Positions 1 through 9,695 of a stretch of DNA of 64,000 nt are shown here, piece after piece (within the stretch, counting starts at the first letter, position 1; every line of letters begins with the position of its first letter). Below the pieces are notes generated by a model. It was not told where the DNA came from. It saw nothing but the letters and a program-made list of their open reading frames with translations, and made no database searches. The stretch is from IMG/VR virus record IMGVR_UViG_3300008108_000006, one strand, 5' to 3'. A program made the translations under genes and the position numbers. Origin of the DNA: a virus (taxonomy: Duplodnaviria; Heunggongvirae; Uroviricota; Caudoviricetes).

Positions 1-489
1 AAATACAAATCTCGTAATCTCATCGTACTCCTCAAACCCTTTGAATAATCGTTTTTCTTTTGAGATCAGGAACTGCTCAACGGGTGGTAACACCATAATA
101 AGATCTTTTGTGTTTTCACCCCAAGGATCAACCCCACCCTCTCTAAAAAATTGTATTAGGTTTCTATAACCCATTAAGGACCTCACCATAAAAGTAAGAC
201 CTTTTTCTAATCTTTCATCACCATCTGTGCGAAGTTTGTCAATAACAATTTTATGTTTTGTCATCGCTTCTTTCTGTGCCGCTTTTGAGGACTTATAGAA
301 ATTTAACCCCCTCAAATCACCAACCCAAGCAAATGGAATGAATGTGTCTTTTTTAATTTGTTTTCCGTGTAACGGATGCTCGATGATTTTCCAAATACAA
401 TCTTTTGTGTAATCGTATTCAACACCGACGATGTATTTTTCAGGATCATTACCCTGTAAAAACTTTTCAATTTCGTTTTGATCAATCAT
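1..489 (-). CDS. Family-B DNA polymerase, N-terminal part (runs off the window)
   Basis: Not in the ORF track. Open frame from ATG 489: MIDQNEIEKFLQGNDPEKYIVGVEYDY...EQFLISKEKRLFKGFEEYDEITRFVF. It ends just before the expected ExoI DxE motif and resembles PolB N-termini of related large phages as I recall them. Confidence 0.65.
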   Translation of the reverse strand, partial: MIDQNEIEKFLQGNDPEKYIVGVEYDYTKDCIWKIIEHPLHGKQIKKDTFIPFAWVGDLRGLNFYKSSKAAQKEAMTKHKIVIDKLRTDGDERLEKGLTFMVRSLMGYRNLIQFFREGGVDPWGENTKDLIMVLPPVEQFLISKEKRLFKGFEEYDEITRFVF

Positions 490-549
490 AAAATATTTTT
501 TTGTGTGGTACATTGGCTGCCGAACTCGCCGACATTAACCTTAACAACA

Positions 550-580
550 CAAAGATACTTTATTAAAATGATAAAATCAA
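550..580 (-). promoter_or_regulatory. Bacteroidota-type housekeeping promoter for the polymerase gene
   Basis: Minus strand TTG-N20-TATCTTTG matches the -33 TTG / -7 TAnnTTTG consensus. Confidence 0.55.
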
Positions 581-957
581 CAACAGGGACTTTCTAAAAT
601 AAAACTATCAAGAATGTTAATAAACAACCTATCACGTATGGGGACTATAAGCCGACCATTAGTATTAACCACATTGAACTCACCTTCAAACCTACCCGGT
701 TTGTTAGTGTCTTGTGACCTAAATTGGTAGTAAATATAATACTCAGGAAGGGCATTGGGGTCTAATTGTGTCTTTTCAACAATATACGCCGGTTTACCAA
801 CTATTTTAGGTATCCCCGTTTCTAAGTTAGTCATAGAAAAAGTTATGGTAGAAGTTTCCAAACTTTCCATAAAAGACCTAAAATCACTTCTTCCATCATT
901 AACCACTTGCATTTTAATAAGCGGTAACGTAGAAAATTTCTTAATATAAAAATCCAT
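577..957 (-). CDS. Virion protein, BppU N-terminal (baseplate upper protein)-like
   Basis: FYIKK.STLP start and YQF..QDT...G.F.GEF pattern; TATTTATA motif upstream. Confidence 0.5.
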   Translation of the reverse strand: MDFYIKKFSTLPLIKMQVVNDGRSDFRSFMESLETSTITFSMTNLETGIPKIVGKPAYIVEKTQLDPNALPEYYIYYQFRSQDTNKPGRFEGEFNVVNTNGRLIVPIRDRLFINILDSFILESPCC

Positions 958-1055
958 TTAAAGTTTTTATTATAAATACTTAATAAAAGGAAAATAGTTT
1001 TTATTTATTATTAGTTATGGTGAAACTTTAACAATAAACGAGATATTTATATAAT

Positions 1056-1211
1056 ATGGCAAGACCAACAAAATTAGAAGAAGATAGAAAGGTTAAATTT
1101 GGAATAAGTTTAGACCGTGATTTATTTAACCGAATGGTTAAAGAAAAAATTAAAAAATCAACATTACTTAATAAATTATTAAAAGAGTATTATGCAAACA
1201 AAGATATGTAG
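1056..1211 (+). CDS. Small ribbon-helix-helix DNA-binding protein (51 aa)
   Basis: Not in the ORF track. MARPTKLEEDRKVKFGISLDRDLFNRMVKEKIKKSTLLNKLLKEYYANKDM has an alternating beta strand (VKFGISL) followed by two helices; overlaps the HNH start. Confidence 0.65.
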   Translation: MARPTKLEEDRKVKFGISLDRDLFNRMVKEKIKKSTLLNKLLKEYYANKDM

Positions 1212-1935
1212 TAAGTGTAAAGAAGAAAAAGAGGTTTGCGAATTTTACACGGATAAATCAAAAATAGATGGTTATTATAGTTCTTGTAAAGAGTGTAAAA
1301 TTATTTACACAAAAACAAGAGTGGATGAAAATAAAACATATTTAAAATTATGGAAAATAGATAATCCTAATTACCATAAAAAATTTCGTGAAAAAAACCC
1401 TAATTACGTTAAAGAATATTATAAATATAATAAAGAAGTTCTCTTAGAAAGAGTTAAAAAACATTATCACGAGAATAAAGAAAAAAATTTAGAAAAATTC
1501 AGAACTCTAAGTAAAAAATATTATTATAATAATAGAGAAACTCGTTTAGAGTATCGTAAAGAATATGATAAAAATAATCGAGAAAAACGTAATGAATATT
1601 TAAGTAATAAAAAAAAGATTGACCCAATTTATCGTTTATCTTGTATTGTAAGAAACAGAATATATTCTTTTCTTAAAAATAAAAATATCACAAAACAAAA
1701 TAAAACTTTTGATATTGTTGGTTGTTCTCCGGAGTTCTTAAAAGAATACTTAGAACAAAAATTTACAGAAAGAATGTCTTGGGAGTTAATGGGAAGAAAT
1801 ATTCATATTGACCATATCGTTCCGCTATCGTTCGCAAAAACTGAAGAGGAACTTTATAAACTTTGTCATTATACCAATCTCCAACCCCTATGGGCCGAAG
1901 ATAATTTGAGAAAGAGTAATAAAATATTAGTTTAA
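1192..1935 (+). CDS. HNH-type (His-Me finger) homing endonuclease
   Basis: N-terminal CxxC...CxxC zinc finger, K/E/Y-rich helical repeats, C-terminal HIDHIVP...CHYTNLQPLWAEDNLRKS. Confidence 0.8.
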   Translation: MQTKICSKCKEEKEVCEFYTDKSKIDGYYSSCKECKIIYTKTRVDENKTYLKLWKIDNPNYHKKFREKNPNYVKEYYKYNKEVLLERVKKHYHENKEKNLEKFRTLSKKYYYNNRETRLEYRKEYDKNNREKRNEYLSNKKKIDPIYRLSCIVRNRIYSFLKNKNITKQNKTFDIVGCSPEFLKEYLEQKFTERMSWELMGRNIHIDHIVPLSFAKTEEELYKLCHYTNLQPLWAEDNLRKSNKILV

Positions 1936-3599
1936 TTCTCTCTCCTCAAATCAGATGAATAATGTTCAAATCTATCGTGTTCTGTTGGTGTCATTAATAA
2001 AAGACCCCCATTAATTTTACCTTTTTTGTGTTCTTGAAACATATAACTCATCCATGTTTGTTCATAAGGATGTACCCATTTTGTGTCCAAAAACATCTTT
2101 TTATTTCCCTCACGACTTACAACTTGTGGCCAATTACAATAATAAATTTCACCATCAACATAGGGAACACCATTTAATGACCTTATGTTATTAAATACTG
2201 TTTTTGGTGAGTTAGGATCGGTTCCAATTTCAGGTAACTTAGGATATTTCGGCCAAAAGGTTTCTCTAACTTGTTGTGGAACATTATACCACGACCATTG
2301 TGTTCCGTTATCCCCATAAAATTCCGTATAATTAATTTTCAAAAAATCATAATTTTCTTTTTCAATAATAAACATGGATTTATTATATAAATCATCCACA
2401 AATCTATTAAAACCGTTTTTACATACTTCACCTTTTTTAGGGTAAAAAAACATATCATCCTCAAAAAACCAATAATAATCTAATTCCGTTTCGTCAAAGT
2501 GTTCTGCAATCCACTGTCTTCCACCACAAATACCCAAATTATCTTTTTTAATGTGTTCAAATCCAAATTTTTCACAAAGTTCTTTATATCTTGGTGTTGT
2601 TGATAAATCACTTGAATTATCTAATAAAAACTTATTTGGTCTGTTAATAAAGTTAGAATCATATTGATTCATTGAATTAATCAACGTTTCAAATTGTTTT
2701 GGACTATTAAATGATATAACATATAAACCGGTTTTATCCGTATCATGTTTATGTTTTTTTTTGAAATTACAAATTGTGTATGTTTTATTCTTAATATCTT
2801 CACAAAACTTGGAAATCAAACCATTATATTCTATAGGAAAATAGTCAAATTTATTAGGATATTTATACATTAAGATACTAAATAGGGATTCTTCGGTTCC
2901 CATATATCCACCATTTAATGTTGTCATTAAAAGTTCGTAATATTTCCCATTAATTTCCGATATCGTATTTTTTGGACCACCAAACAACCCACCCCTTGCA
3001 ACAAATTTTACTTCTTCACCCGCAAGTTCATTTATTTTATTAAACTCAAATCCGTGTATCTCATTATTGGCATCATAAGGAAAAGCAACAAAAGTGAATT
3101 TGTTAATTATTTCACTTAAAGTGTTTTGTATTTTATCATGAGTAAAATACCCCCAATGAACCGTGTTTGTAATTCCCGCATCAATCCAAAATAATTGGTC
3201 AGAATCAAACTTATCCATTATGGTAGCATCATTCAATAAAAACATTTTTGACATAACCAAAGGATTATAATATTCTAAGGACGCTTGGGTTGAGTCTTTT
3301 AACCAACCCGATAAATTATACCACTCAGGATTATTCCTAATTTTTTGAATTAAGTCAAAATAGTCATTATTTTTGAACCACTCTAAATCACGTCTAATAA
3401 ATTGAGTATTATTAACATTCCTAACTTTAAAAACAACCTTTTCTAATTCTTCATCACCAAAAATAATCATATTATTTTCAACCCGTAAAAGGTCTTGAAA
3501 CTTATTAAGGTAATGCCCTTCATATGATCTTGACCAACCGTCGGTAAGATCCGATCTTTTTATATCCCATAAACCAGTAACAAAGGTTAATTTTTTCAT
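1932..3599 (-). CDS. HtrL/YibB-like glycosyltransferase fused to a GT-A domain
   Basis: TFVTGLWDI, FWIDAGI, GGLFGG and GTEES motifs; C-terminal domain with WFFEDD. Confidence 0.65.
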   Translation of the reverse strand: MKKLTFVTGLWDIKRSDLTDGWSRSYEGHYLNKFQDLLRVENNMIIFGDEELEKVVFKVRNVNNTQFIRRDLEWFKNNDYFDLIQKIRNNPEWYNLSGWLKDSTQASLEYYNPLVMSKMFLLNDATIMDKFDSDQLFWIDAGITNTVHWGYFTHDKIQNTLSEIINKFTFVAFPYDANNEIHGFEFNKINELAGEEVKFVARGGLFGGPKNTISEINGKYYELLMTTLNGGYMGTEESLFSILMYKYPNKFDYFPIEYNGLISKFCEDIKNKTYTICNFKKKHKHDTDKTGLYVISFNSPKQFETLINSMNQYDSNFINRPNKFLLDNSSDLSTTPRYKELCEKFGFEHIKKDNLGICGGRQWIAEHFDETELDYYWFFEDDMFFYPKKGEVCKNGFNRFVDDLYNKSMFIIEKENYDFLKINYTEFYGDNGTQWSWYNVPQQVRETFWPKYPKLPEIGTDPNSPKTVFNNIRSLNGVPYVDGEIYYCNWPQVVSREGNKKMFLDTKWVHPYEQTWMSYMFQEHKKGKINGGLLLMTPTEHDRFEHYSSDLRREN

Positions 3600-4483
3600 A
3601 AATTAAATTCTTCTAATATTTTATAAAATGACTTATTTTTACTTACGTGGTCTAAAATATCCAACCCCGGAACTCTTTCATTTTCATGCCACCATGTGTC
3701 AAAATATTTTACATTAAATAGGTTTTCATTATTTCTCCATATTAATGTTATAATATCTTCTTCATGATATAATCTTTTATCATGTTCAGTAACCATAATA
3801 AGATTTTCATCAAAAAGATCTATAAAATCTTTAACTTTTTCTTTTTTACCACCGAATAATCCACCAATAATGTGGTAGGATCTATTATAATTTACAAAAT
3901 GAACCGGATTAACAGTTCCCGACCAATAATTTCTATCATTTTCTTTACCTATCAAAAATATTTTATCATCAGTAAAATTTAATAAATTATTAAGTAATTT
4001 GTTATTAAAAATTGTACTCTCAAAATATTTTCTAAATATATCTCTAAACCCTTCGGACACTAAATATTTGTCAGGTATTAATCCACAATGTGACAAACCC
4101 GCATCTATCCAATATACATATTCATAGTTTTCATCAATATTCATTTTTAACCATTCAAACTTTGCATATTGTATATCAACACACCTGTCAGATGTTTTTA
4201 CCGACTCAAAATCTTTATATTTTCGAATAATCTCTGTTTTCTCAGTGTTACTTAAATCAAAAACTTCTATTTTAATTTTTTGGGGATCAACCTGTTCTTC
4301 AACATAAAAAAATTGTTTAAGATCATTAATTTCACGGTCCGAAGTATAACATATGAAATCCGCATCACTCATCTTTAGTAGTGATAATAAACTATATCTA
4401 TAATGACCTCTACGACTCTGTCTCCCTCCAAATTCAGTACCATATAAGTCACTATATATTGCTGTTATAAATTTTGTTTTCAT
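3596..4483 (-). CDS. HtrL/YibB-like glycosyltransferase
   Basis: YWIDAGLSH, IGGLFGG and HEEDI motifs; paralogous to the neighbour. Confidence 0.6.
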   Translation of the reverse strand: MKTKFITAIYSDLYGTEFGGRQSRRGHYRYSLLSLLKMSDADFICYTSDREINDLKQFFYVEEQVDPQKIKIEVFDLSNTEKTEIIRKYKDFESVKTSDRCVDIQYAKFEWLKMNIDENYEYVYWIDAGLSHCGLIPDKYLVSEGFRDIFRKYFESTIFNNKLLNNLLNFTDDKIFLIGKENDRNYWSGTVNPVHFVNYNRSYHIIGGLFGGKKEKVKDFIDLFDENLIMVTEHDKRLYHEEDIITLIWRNNENLFNVKYFDTWWHENERVPGLDILDHVSKNKSFYKILEEFNL

Positions 4484-5202
4484 ACTCTAATACTTTTAGC
4501 ATATCCCATATCATATAATTTTTGATCAATTTTATTGGTGGTATAAAGATTCCAATTATATGTGATTATATAATGTGGGTTATAAGCACTTTGATTTATA
4601 TCGGAAAAATCATTTATCTGAGTAACTATTGGTAGTGAGGATGAAACACATATAAAATTAGGATAAACCGATTTAACTAAGTAATAATCAATGGGTAATT
4701 GTTGGTGACTGTTATTTATGTATTTATCAGTATCCCAATTGATAATATATTCACAAACTTTTCTATTAAAAATAAATGCTGAGGTTCCAAAAACCTCCCT
4801 ATGTTTTACTTCATCTTTTGGTGGTAAGTTGGTGATATCAATTAAGTTGTCTGTTAAATTATTAACAGGTCTGTGTATTGATGGTGATAAATGAAAAAAA
4901 TCAAAATTAATTTTGTTTAATTCTAATTCACATTTTTCTAAATGTTCTTTAGCGTAAGGCATAAAAAAAATATCATCTTCTAAAATCATGAAATATTCAT
5001 CATCAGTTTCCATACAAATTTTTGCAATTTCTTGATATGATTTAGCACAACCAATATACGACGCAGTATCCACTGCACTAAATCTTTCAAAATTCCAACC
5101 CATCCATTCCATTTCTTTTTCAAAATGTTCCAATCGGTCGGTCCTTCTATCTAAATTAATAACGAATTTTTTGATTTTATTAAAATCAATTTTTGTTTTC
5201 AT
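4480..5202 (-). CDS. Glycosyltransferase family 25-like
   Basis: FVINLDRRTDR, ERFSAVD, GCAKS, ILEDD. Confidence 0.8.
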   Translation of the reverse strand: MKTKIDFNKIKKFVINLDRRTDRLEHFEKEMEWMGWNFERFSAVDTASYIGCAKSYQEIAKICMETDDEYFMILEDDIFFMPYAKEHLEKCELELNKINFDFFHLSPSIHRPVNNLTDNLIDITNLPPKDEVKHREVFGTSAFIFNRKVCEYIINWDTDKYINNSHQQLPIDYYLVKSVYPNFICVSSSLPIVTQINDFSDINQSAYNPHYIITYNWNLYTTNKIDQKLYDMGYAKSIRV

Positions 5203-5208
5203 ACCTTA

Positions 5209-6471
5209 TTATAAATTACCGGTTAATCTTTCACACCAACCTTTTGTGGTGCTATAAGGCCATACAACCCAATATTTTGGTTTATATGTGGTTTCAAAAG
5301 ATCTCCATATTTTACAATAACCGTCGGGATCTATAAAAAAACCATCAATCTCATTCTTATCAGCATCTTTTCTATAAATCGTATTATCGTTTTCATCGTG
5401 AAATGCAACTGCCCAAAATTCATAATCCTTTTCAGGAACACTTGAATATCCAACATCAATACAATGTCTAAAAATTTGGGCAAAACTATTTTTCCATTCC
5501 TCTTCGTTTTGAAAATTATAAGGGTTGGGTGGATACTGTTTATCTAAGGTATATTGTTGGACTGCACGTCTTTCAAATAAAAGTCCCGAGTATTTTTCAT
5601 AATCTTTCAAGGTTCTAACCGTTCCAAACCCATACTTCCCAAAATCAATATTTTGTTCTTCATTATCCATTCCAAACAAAACTCTGTTTTTTCTATGTGA
5701 ATGTGTATTTTTACTACCCCAATCCTTATCATCATCCCACTGTTTTGTTCTACCCTTTCTTGTGTATTCGTGCCAAACAACAACTTTGTGTGGGTGGAAT
5801 AAGTCATACCCGTGTGTATATGCTCTCGCGGCGATTGATATTTCTTCCCCGTGAAAATAATACTCGGGATCGTGTTGAACCTCTTCGGAAAACTCACCTA
5901 AAGTAAAACAAAAATGTGCCGAATAAAATCTTGCAGTTACAGGTTTTGTGAGATTTTGCCAATTAGGTATAGTCTCGGGTAAAAAGAAAACAGCACCCTC
6001 GGGAATAAACCTATCAAAAACCATTCTCCAAGGTTCTCTAACCCTACCATTAGGATCGTTTTCGGGGTCAAAAGATGAAACATATCCGGTAAGTAAAGGT
6101 TTTGGATACCCATCCTTTTGTAAATCTTTAATCATCCCAATTAAAGTGGTATCCCAACCTTTTTCAAACCTATGATGAGAATCTATCTGTAACGTATAAC
6201 CCTCACCATTATAAAGTTGTTGTATTTGGTTTCTAGCCCAACAAGCTCCTTTTGACTCTGAATGTGGAATGTCCAAGATTCTAAATCGTTTATCATCTCT
6301 ATATTGTTCCAAATTATCAAATTGATCGTCGGGATGATATTGTCTTGCAATACCAAACACAAGATTTTTTGGATTGTCCGAATTTTCAATAGCTGATATC
6401 ACAGTAGGTTCAAGTTGTGGATCTCTGTAAGACGCAATCTGTATGAAAATTTTATTATTCCTTTTCTTCAC
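5209..6471 (-). CDS. GT60-family polypeptide alpha-GlcNAc transferase (Skp1 Gnt1-like)
   Basis: IFIQIASYRD, GACWAR, LQIDSHHRF (DSH motif), FHGEE, AYTHGYD. Confidence 0.8.
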   Translation of the reverse strand: MKKRNNKIFIQIASYRDPQLEPTVISAIENSDNPKNLVFGIARQYHPDDQFDNLEQYRDDKRFRILDIPHSESKGACWARNQIQQLYNGEGYTLQIDSHHRFEKGWDTTLIGMIKDLQKDGYPKPLLTGYVSSFDPENDPNGRVREPWRMVFDRFIPEGAVFFLPETIPNWQNLTKPVTARFYSAHFCFTLGEFSEEVQHDPEYYFHGEEISIAARAYTHGYDLFHPHKVVVWHEYTRKGRTKQWDDDKDWGSKNTHSHRKNRVLFGMDNEEQNIDFGKYGFGTVRTLKDYEKYSGLLFERRAVQQYTLDKQYPPNPYNFQNEEEWKNSFAQIFRHCIDVGYSSVPEKDYEFWAVAFHDENDNTIYRKDADKNEIDGFFIDPDGYCKIWRSFETTYKPKYWVVWPYSTTKGWCERLTGNL

Positions 6472-6524
6472 TTTACTATTTTATGTAAAAAATAATAAAA
6501 TAAGAAGAATAATAAAATAGAAAC

Positions 6525-7667
6525 TTAATAATTTATCTCAAAAAATAAATTTTCAATCGTGACGATACTACTAGCAGAAAATGACCAATTTAATGTTATA
6601 TCATTTGTGCTAATATCGGGAACAGTTTTGCTTCTAATTGCCGTTGTTGAGTTTTGATTAACTGCCGTTCTTATTACAGGCCATGATACTAACGTTGTAT
6701 TGTCCTTAACTTTTATTTGGGTTGGGTATTGAAAAGTTGTGGATCCCGACTGAGGTCCCCATGTTAAGAATCCTGTTGGGTCAATATTGAAAGTATTACC
6801 GGTCGACAAACAAACTGAAATTGTTGTTGATGATGTTGCTGCGGTAAATAAAGTATATGTTTCAATAGTTGAACCAAGTTGTAATGTATTAGCGGGAATT
6901 GTTACCGTAACTACTGTTTGTGCATTAGGATTAACAGTTATACTACCTCTATTAGTGTAAAACGGTCTAACATTAGCACTAATTGATGTTGCTGTAATGG
7001 TAACCGCTGATATGGAATTACCTGTTATACCGTTAGTAACTTGTAATGAAGTTAGTGTTGTATCACCTGTTACTGTTAGTCCTGAATATGAAAAATTACC
7101 ATTAACCACTAAATCACCCGCAACTGTTGAATTTGAATTTATAGTTACGGGACTTGAAAATGTCGTTGATCCTGTAACATTTAATCCATTCTGTAGATTA
7201 GTAACGTTTGTATTTGTTAATTGTCCGGTAAGGTTTGTATTACCGGTAACCACTAAATCACCATTAATTGTTGTATTTCTCAAGGTGGTTGAACCAACAA
7301 TATTAGTGTTACCCGATATGTTAGTATTTCCGGTAACTATCAAATTATTGTTAATTGTTGTTAAACCGGATGTACTTAATGAATTTTGTATGTTAGTATT
7401 ACCAGTAATTACTACATTATTATTAAATATACTATTACCACTTACTACTAAATTAGAATTAATATTAATTGAATTACCTGTAGAATACAAATTACCTGTA
7501 TATACATCCCATCCAATTGATACTATCTCTTGAGAAGCTCCTGATAATGTTATTTTTTTTGTTACAGGGTTATTAGGACTTGTTGAAACATCCACAATTG
7601 GAAAAACATCATTACCTTCCGGTCTGTTTCCCTGTAAAGGTAATTCTGAAATTTTAATATTTGCCAT
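6525..7667 (-). CDS. Tail-fibre/spike-like virion protein with beta-helix repeats
   Basis: MANIKISELP N-terminus typical of fibre proteins; repeated (V/I)TGNT units. Confidence 0.6.
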   Translation of the reverse strand: MANIKISELPLQGNRPEGNDVFPIVDVSTSPNNPVTKKITLSGASQEIVSIGWDVYTGNLYSTGNSININSNLVVSGNSIFNNNVVITGNTNIQNSLSTSGLTTINNNLIVTGNTNISGNTNIVGSTTLRNTTINGDLVVTGNTNLTGQLTNTNVTNLQNGLNVTGSTTFSSPVTINSNSTVAGDLVVNGNFSYSGLTVTGDTTLTSLQVTNGITGNSISAVTITATSISANVRPFYTNRGSITVNPNAQTVVTVTIPANTLQLGSTIETYTLFTAATSSTTISVCLSTGNTFNIDPTGFLTWGPQSGSTTFQYPTQIKVKDNTTLVSWPVIRTAVNQNSTTAIRSKTVPDISTNDITLNWSFSASSIVTIENLFFEINY

Positions 7668-7668
7668 T

Positions 7669-9648
7669 TTATACTAATTTTACATAGAATGTATCACCAC
7701 TCTCACTTGTTATCGGGTCGGAAGCTTCGGTTGTTAATAACACATATTCGGGTGTATAGTTACAACTTGAACAAAACAAATCAAGTAATGAAAATTTATT
7801 TTTTAATATTCTGAAATTATGTTGTATCTCGGGAACCGATAATGGTTGAATATAAAACCTAAATTGCGATATTGAACCGTCAAATGTTCCTGCGAAATTT
7901 TTCTCAATTATTATATTATTTGTTAAAGCACTTAAACTTGTTCCACTTAATACACTATCGGGGAAAAGTTGAGGATCTTGCTGATATGTCCAAGTACCAC
8001 CACTTGTTAAAGCACTAAACGTAAGATTTTCTCTTAGACCTTGTGTTCCACCACCCCAAGATAAATTAAACGGAACACCAACTTGTCTTTCACGTTTTGT
8101 ATTTAAGGGTCTTGGAATAACTTCTTCAAAATTATTTAAGACAAAAAACGGTTTTCCATTAACAGAAATTTTTAACTTACCGATTCTATCTGATTTTTGG
8201 TCTAAAAATTCTCTATTAATGTCAATAATCTCTTCCATTGCCGGAGAAAGATTATCATGGGTGATTGGTGGTCTAACCAACGATATTGAATTGTTTGCCG
8301 CAGTTGCAGTAAATGCCGAATAACTAATATCACCCAAACCTCCTCTCCACAATAAATCACATTTATCGTAGTAAGTATTTCTTTCAAATGTCGCATCAAT
8401 TAAAACCCAATGTGGGTATTCAATAAATGTGGTTCCCGTACAAGAATCATAAATACCGTTAGTTGAACAATAAGTTGAAACCGAATATCCACTAGAGTAT
8501 GTTAATCCTGTATTGAAACAAGAACCTGTCGTAATACAAGATCCTGTGAAATATAAAACTCTAACACAAATATTAGGATTCAATGGATTTCCACTAAACA
8601 TAATCGCTAATGAATTTGACATAGAGTCGTCTAGTGGATCCTTTATTGGGTTTTGAACGGTTTGTTCAGAAATTTTAGGACGAGAAAAATAATTTATAAT
8701 ATGTTCTGTGGTAGTTCCTGTTTTTGGATAAACTGTAACACATGTGGAATTAGTGATAGCACTATTATAACAAGCACTTGTACCTAAATCAGTAAGTCCC
8801 AACGTAACGGGTGTATAACCACTAGCAGCACCCGATAGTGTATAATCCGCAGGGTGATAAAACTTATCCTCGGCTCTTGTTCCCATATAAAAGAAAATAT
8901 TCTTGTTATTTGGGTATATTGTATTTAGGTTGGTTTCACCAGGTCCCGGTTCATATTCGGGAACAACTCTAGGTTTTAACACCATCTCTACCGTCCATCC
9001 TTTATGATACCTTTCGGGAATCACATCATAATCATATCCAAATAATTTATAAAATCCTTGGTAAAAAGAACCATACAAATCATTATAGTAACCTTCATTA
9101 AATCCGTTTTGAGAAACAATACCATAATCAGTTGTTGCGGTAATACCACTAAAATATGATGATAGTGTTGGTACCATAGATCTTACTTGGAACATCTTAA
9201 ATCTTCTATCGTATGAATACCTATCAAATTTTTGAGCGTTTGATAACAACCCCTTGGTATATGATATAGAAACCCCTGTAAGTCCCGACATTAATCCATT
9301 ATCAGTTCCGGTTAGTCCAATATCAAATAAAGTTTGACTTGAGTAACAACCACCACTTAATGAACTTGCGGGAATATTATCGGGATTATAATAACTTTTT
9401 GAAATTAAAATATTATTTGTATTGTAAGAATAATAATCTAAAGTTAATTGTTGATTACAATCTTCGGAATCTAAATCTATGTTAATAGGTAACTTATTTC
9501 CATCATTAACCCCAATAACATCATTAGAAAACACAACTTCTTCATTGAAATCTTTTTCATCCGATGTTAATGATAGGTCAGAAATATCCACTGCAGGTCT
9601 TAAAAAAACCTTTGGAAATACGTATTGATTTATATTTTGATATGCCAT
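7669..9648 (-). CDS. Virion structural protein, ConA/LamG-like
   Basis: GWTVEMVL and FDGSISQFRFY..PLS..EI..N LamG-type C-terminus. Start moved to ATG 9648, which follows a TATTTAT motif. Confidence 0.55.
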   Translation of the reverse strand: MAYQNINQYVFPKVFLRPAVDISDLSLTSDEKDFNEEVVFSNDVIGVNDGNKLPINIDLDSEDCNQQLTLDYYSYNTNNILISKSYYNPDNIPASSLSGGCYSSQTLFDIGLTGTDNGLMSGLTGVSISYTKGLLSNAQKFDRYSYDRRFKMFQVRSMVPTLSSYFSGITATTDYGIVSQNGFNEGYYNDLYGSFYQGFYKLFGYDYDVIPERYHKGWTVEMVLKPRVVPEYEPGPGETNLNTIYPNNKNIFFYMGTRAEDKFYHPADYTLSGAASGYTPVTLGLTDLGTSACYNSAITNSTCVTVYPKTGTTTEHIINYFSRPKISEQTVQNPIKDPLDDSMSNSLAIMFSGNPLNPNICVRVLYFTGSCITTGSCFNTGLTYSSGYSVSTYCSTNGIYDSCTGTTFIEYPHWVLIDATFERNTYYDKCDLLWRGGLGDISYSAFTATAANNSISLVRPPITHDNLSPAMEEIIDINREFLDQKSDRIGKLKISVNGKPFFVLNNFEEVIPRPLNTKRERQVGVPFNLSWGGGTQGLRENLTFSALTSGGTWTYQQDPQLFPDSVLSGTSLSALTNNIIIEKNFAGTFDGSISQFRFYIQPLSVPEIQHNFRILKNKFSLLDLFCSSCNYTPEYVLLTTEASDPITSESGDTFYVKLV

Positions 9649-9653
9649 TATAG

Positions 9654-9681
9654 ATAAATACCTACTTGATGAGTATTTATA
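9654..9681. promoter_or_regulatory. Divergent pair of TATTTAT(A) putative late promoters
   Basis: ATAAATA at 9654-9660 serves the minus-strand ATG 9648; TATTTATA at 9674-9681 serves ATG 9696. Confidence 0.6.
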
Positions 9682-9695
9682 GTAAAAAAGTGTAA

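Noticed and set aside
6997-7533. 178-aa Val/Leu-rich plus-strand ORF
   Set aside because: Antisense shadow of the fibre repeats.
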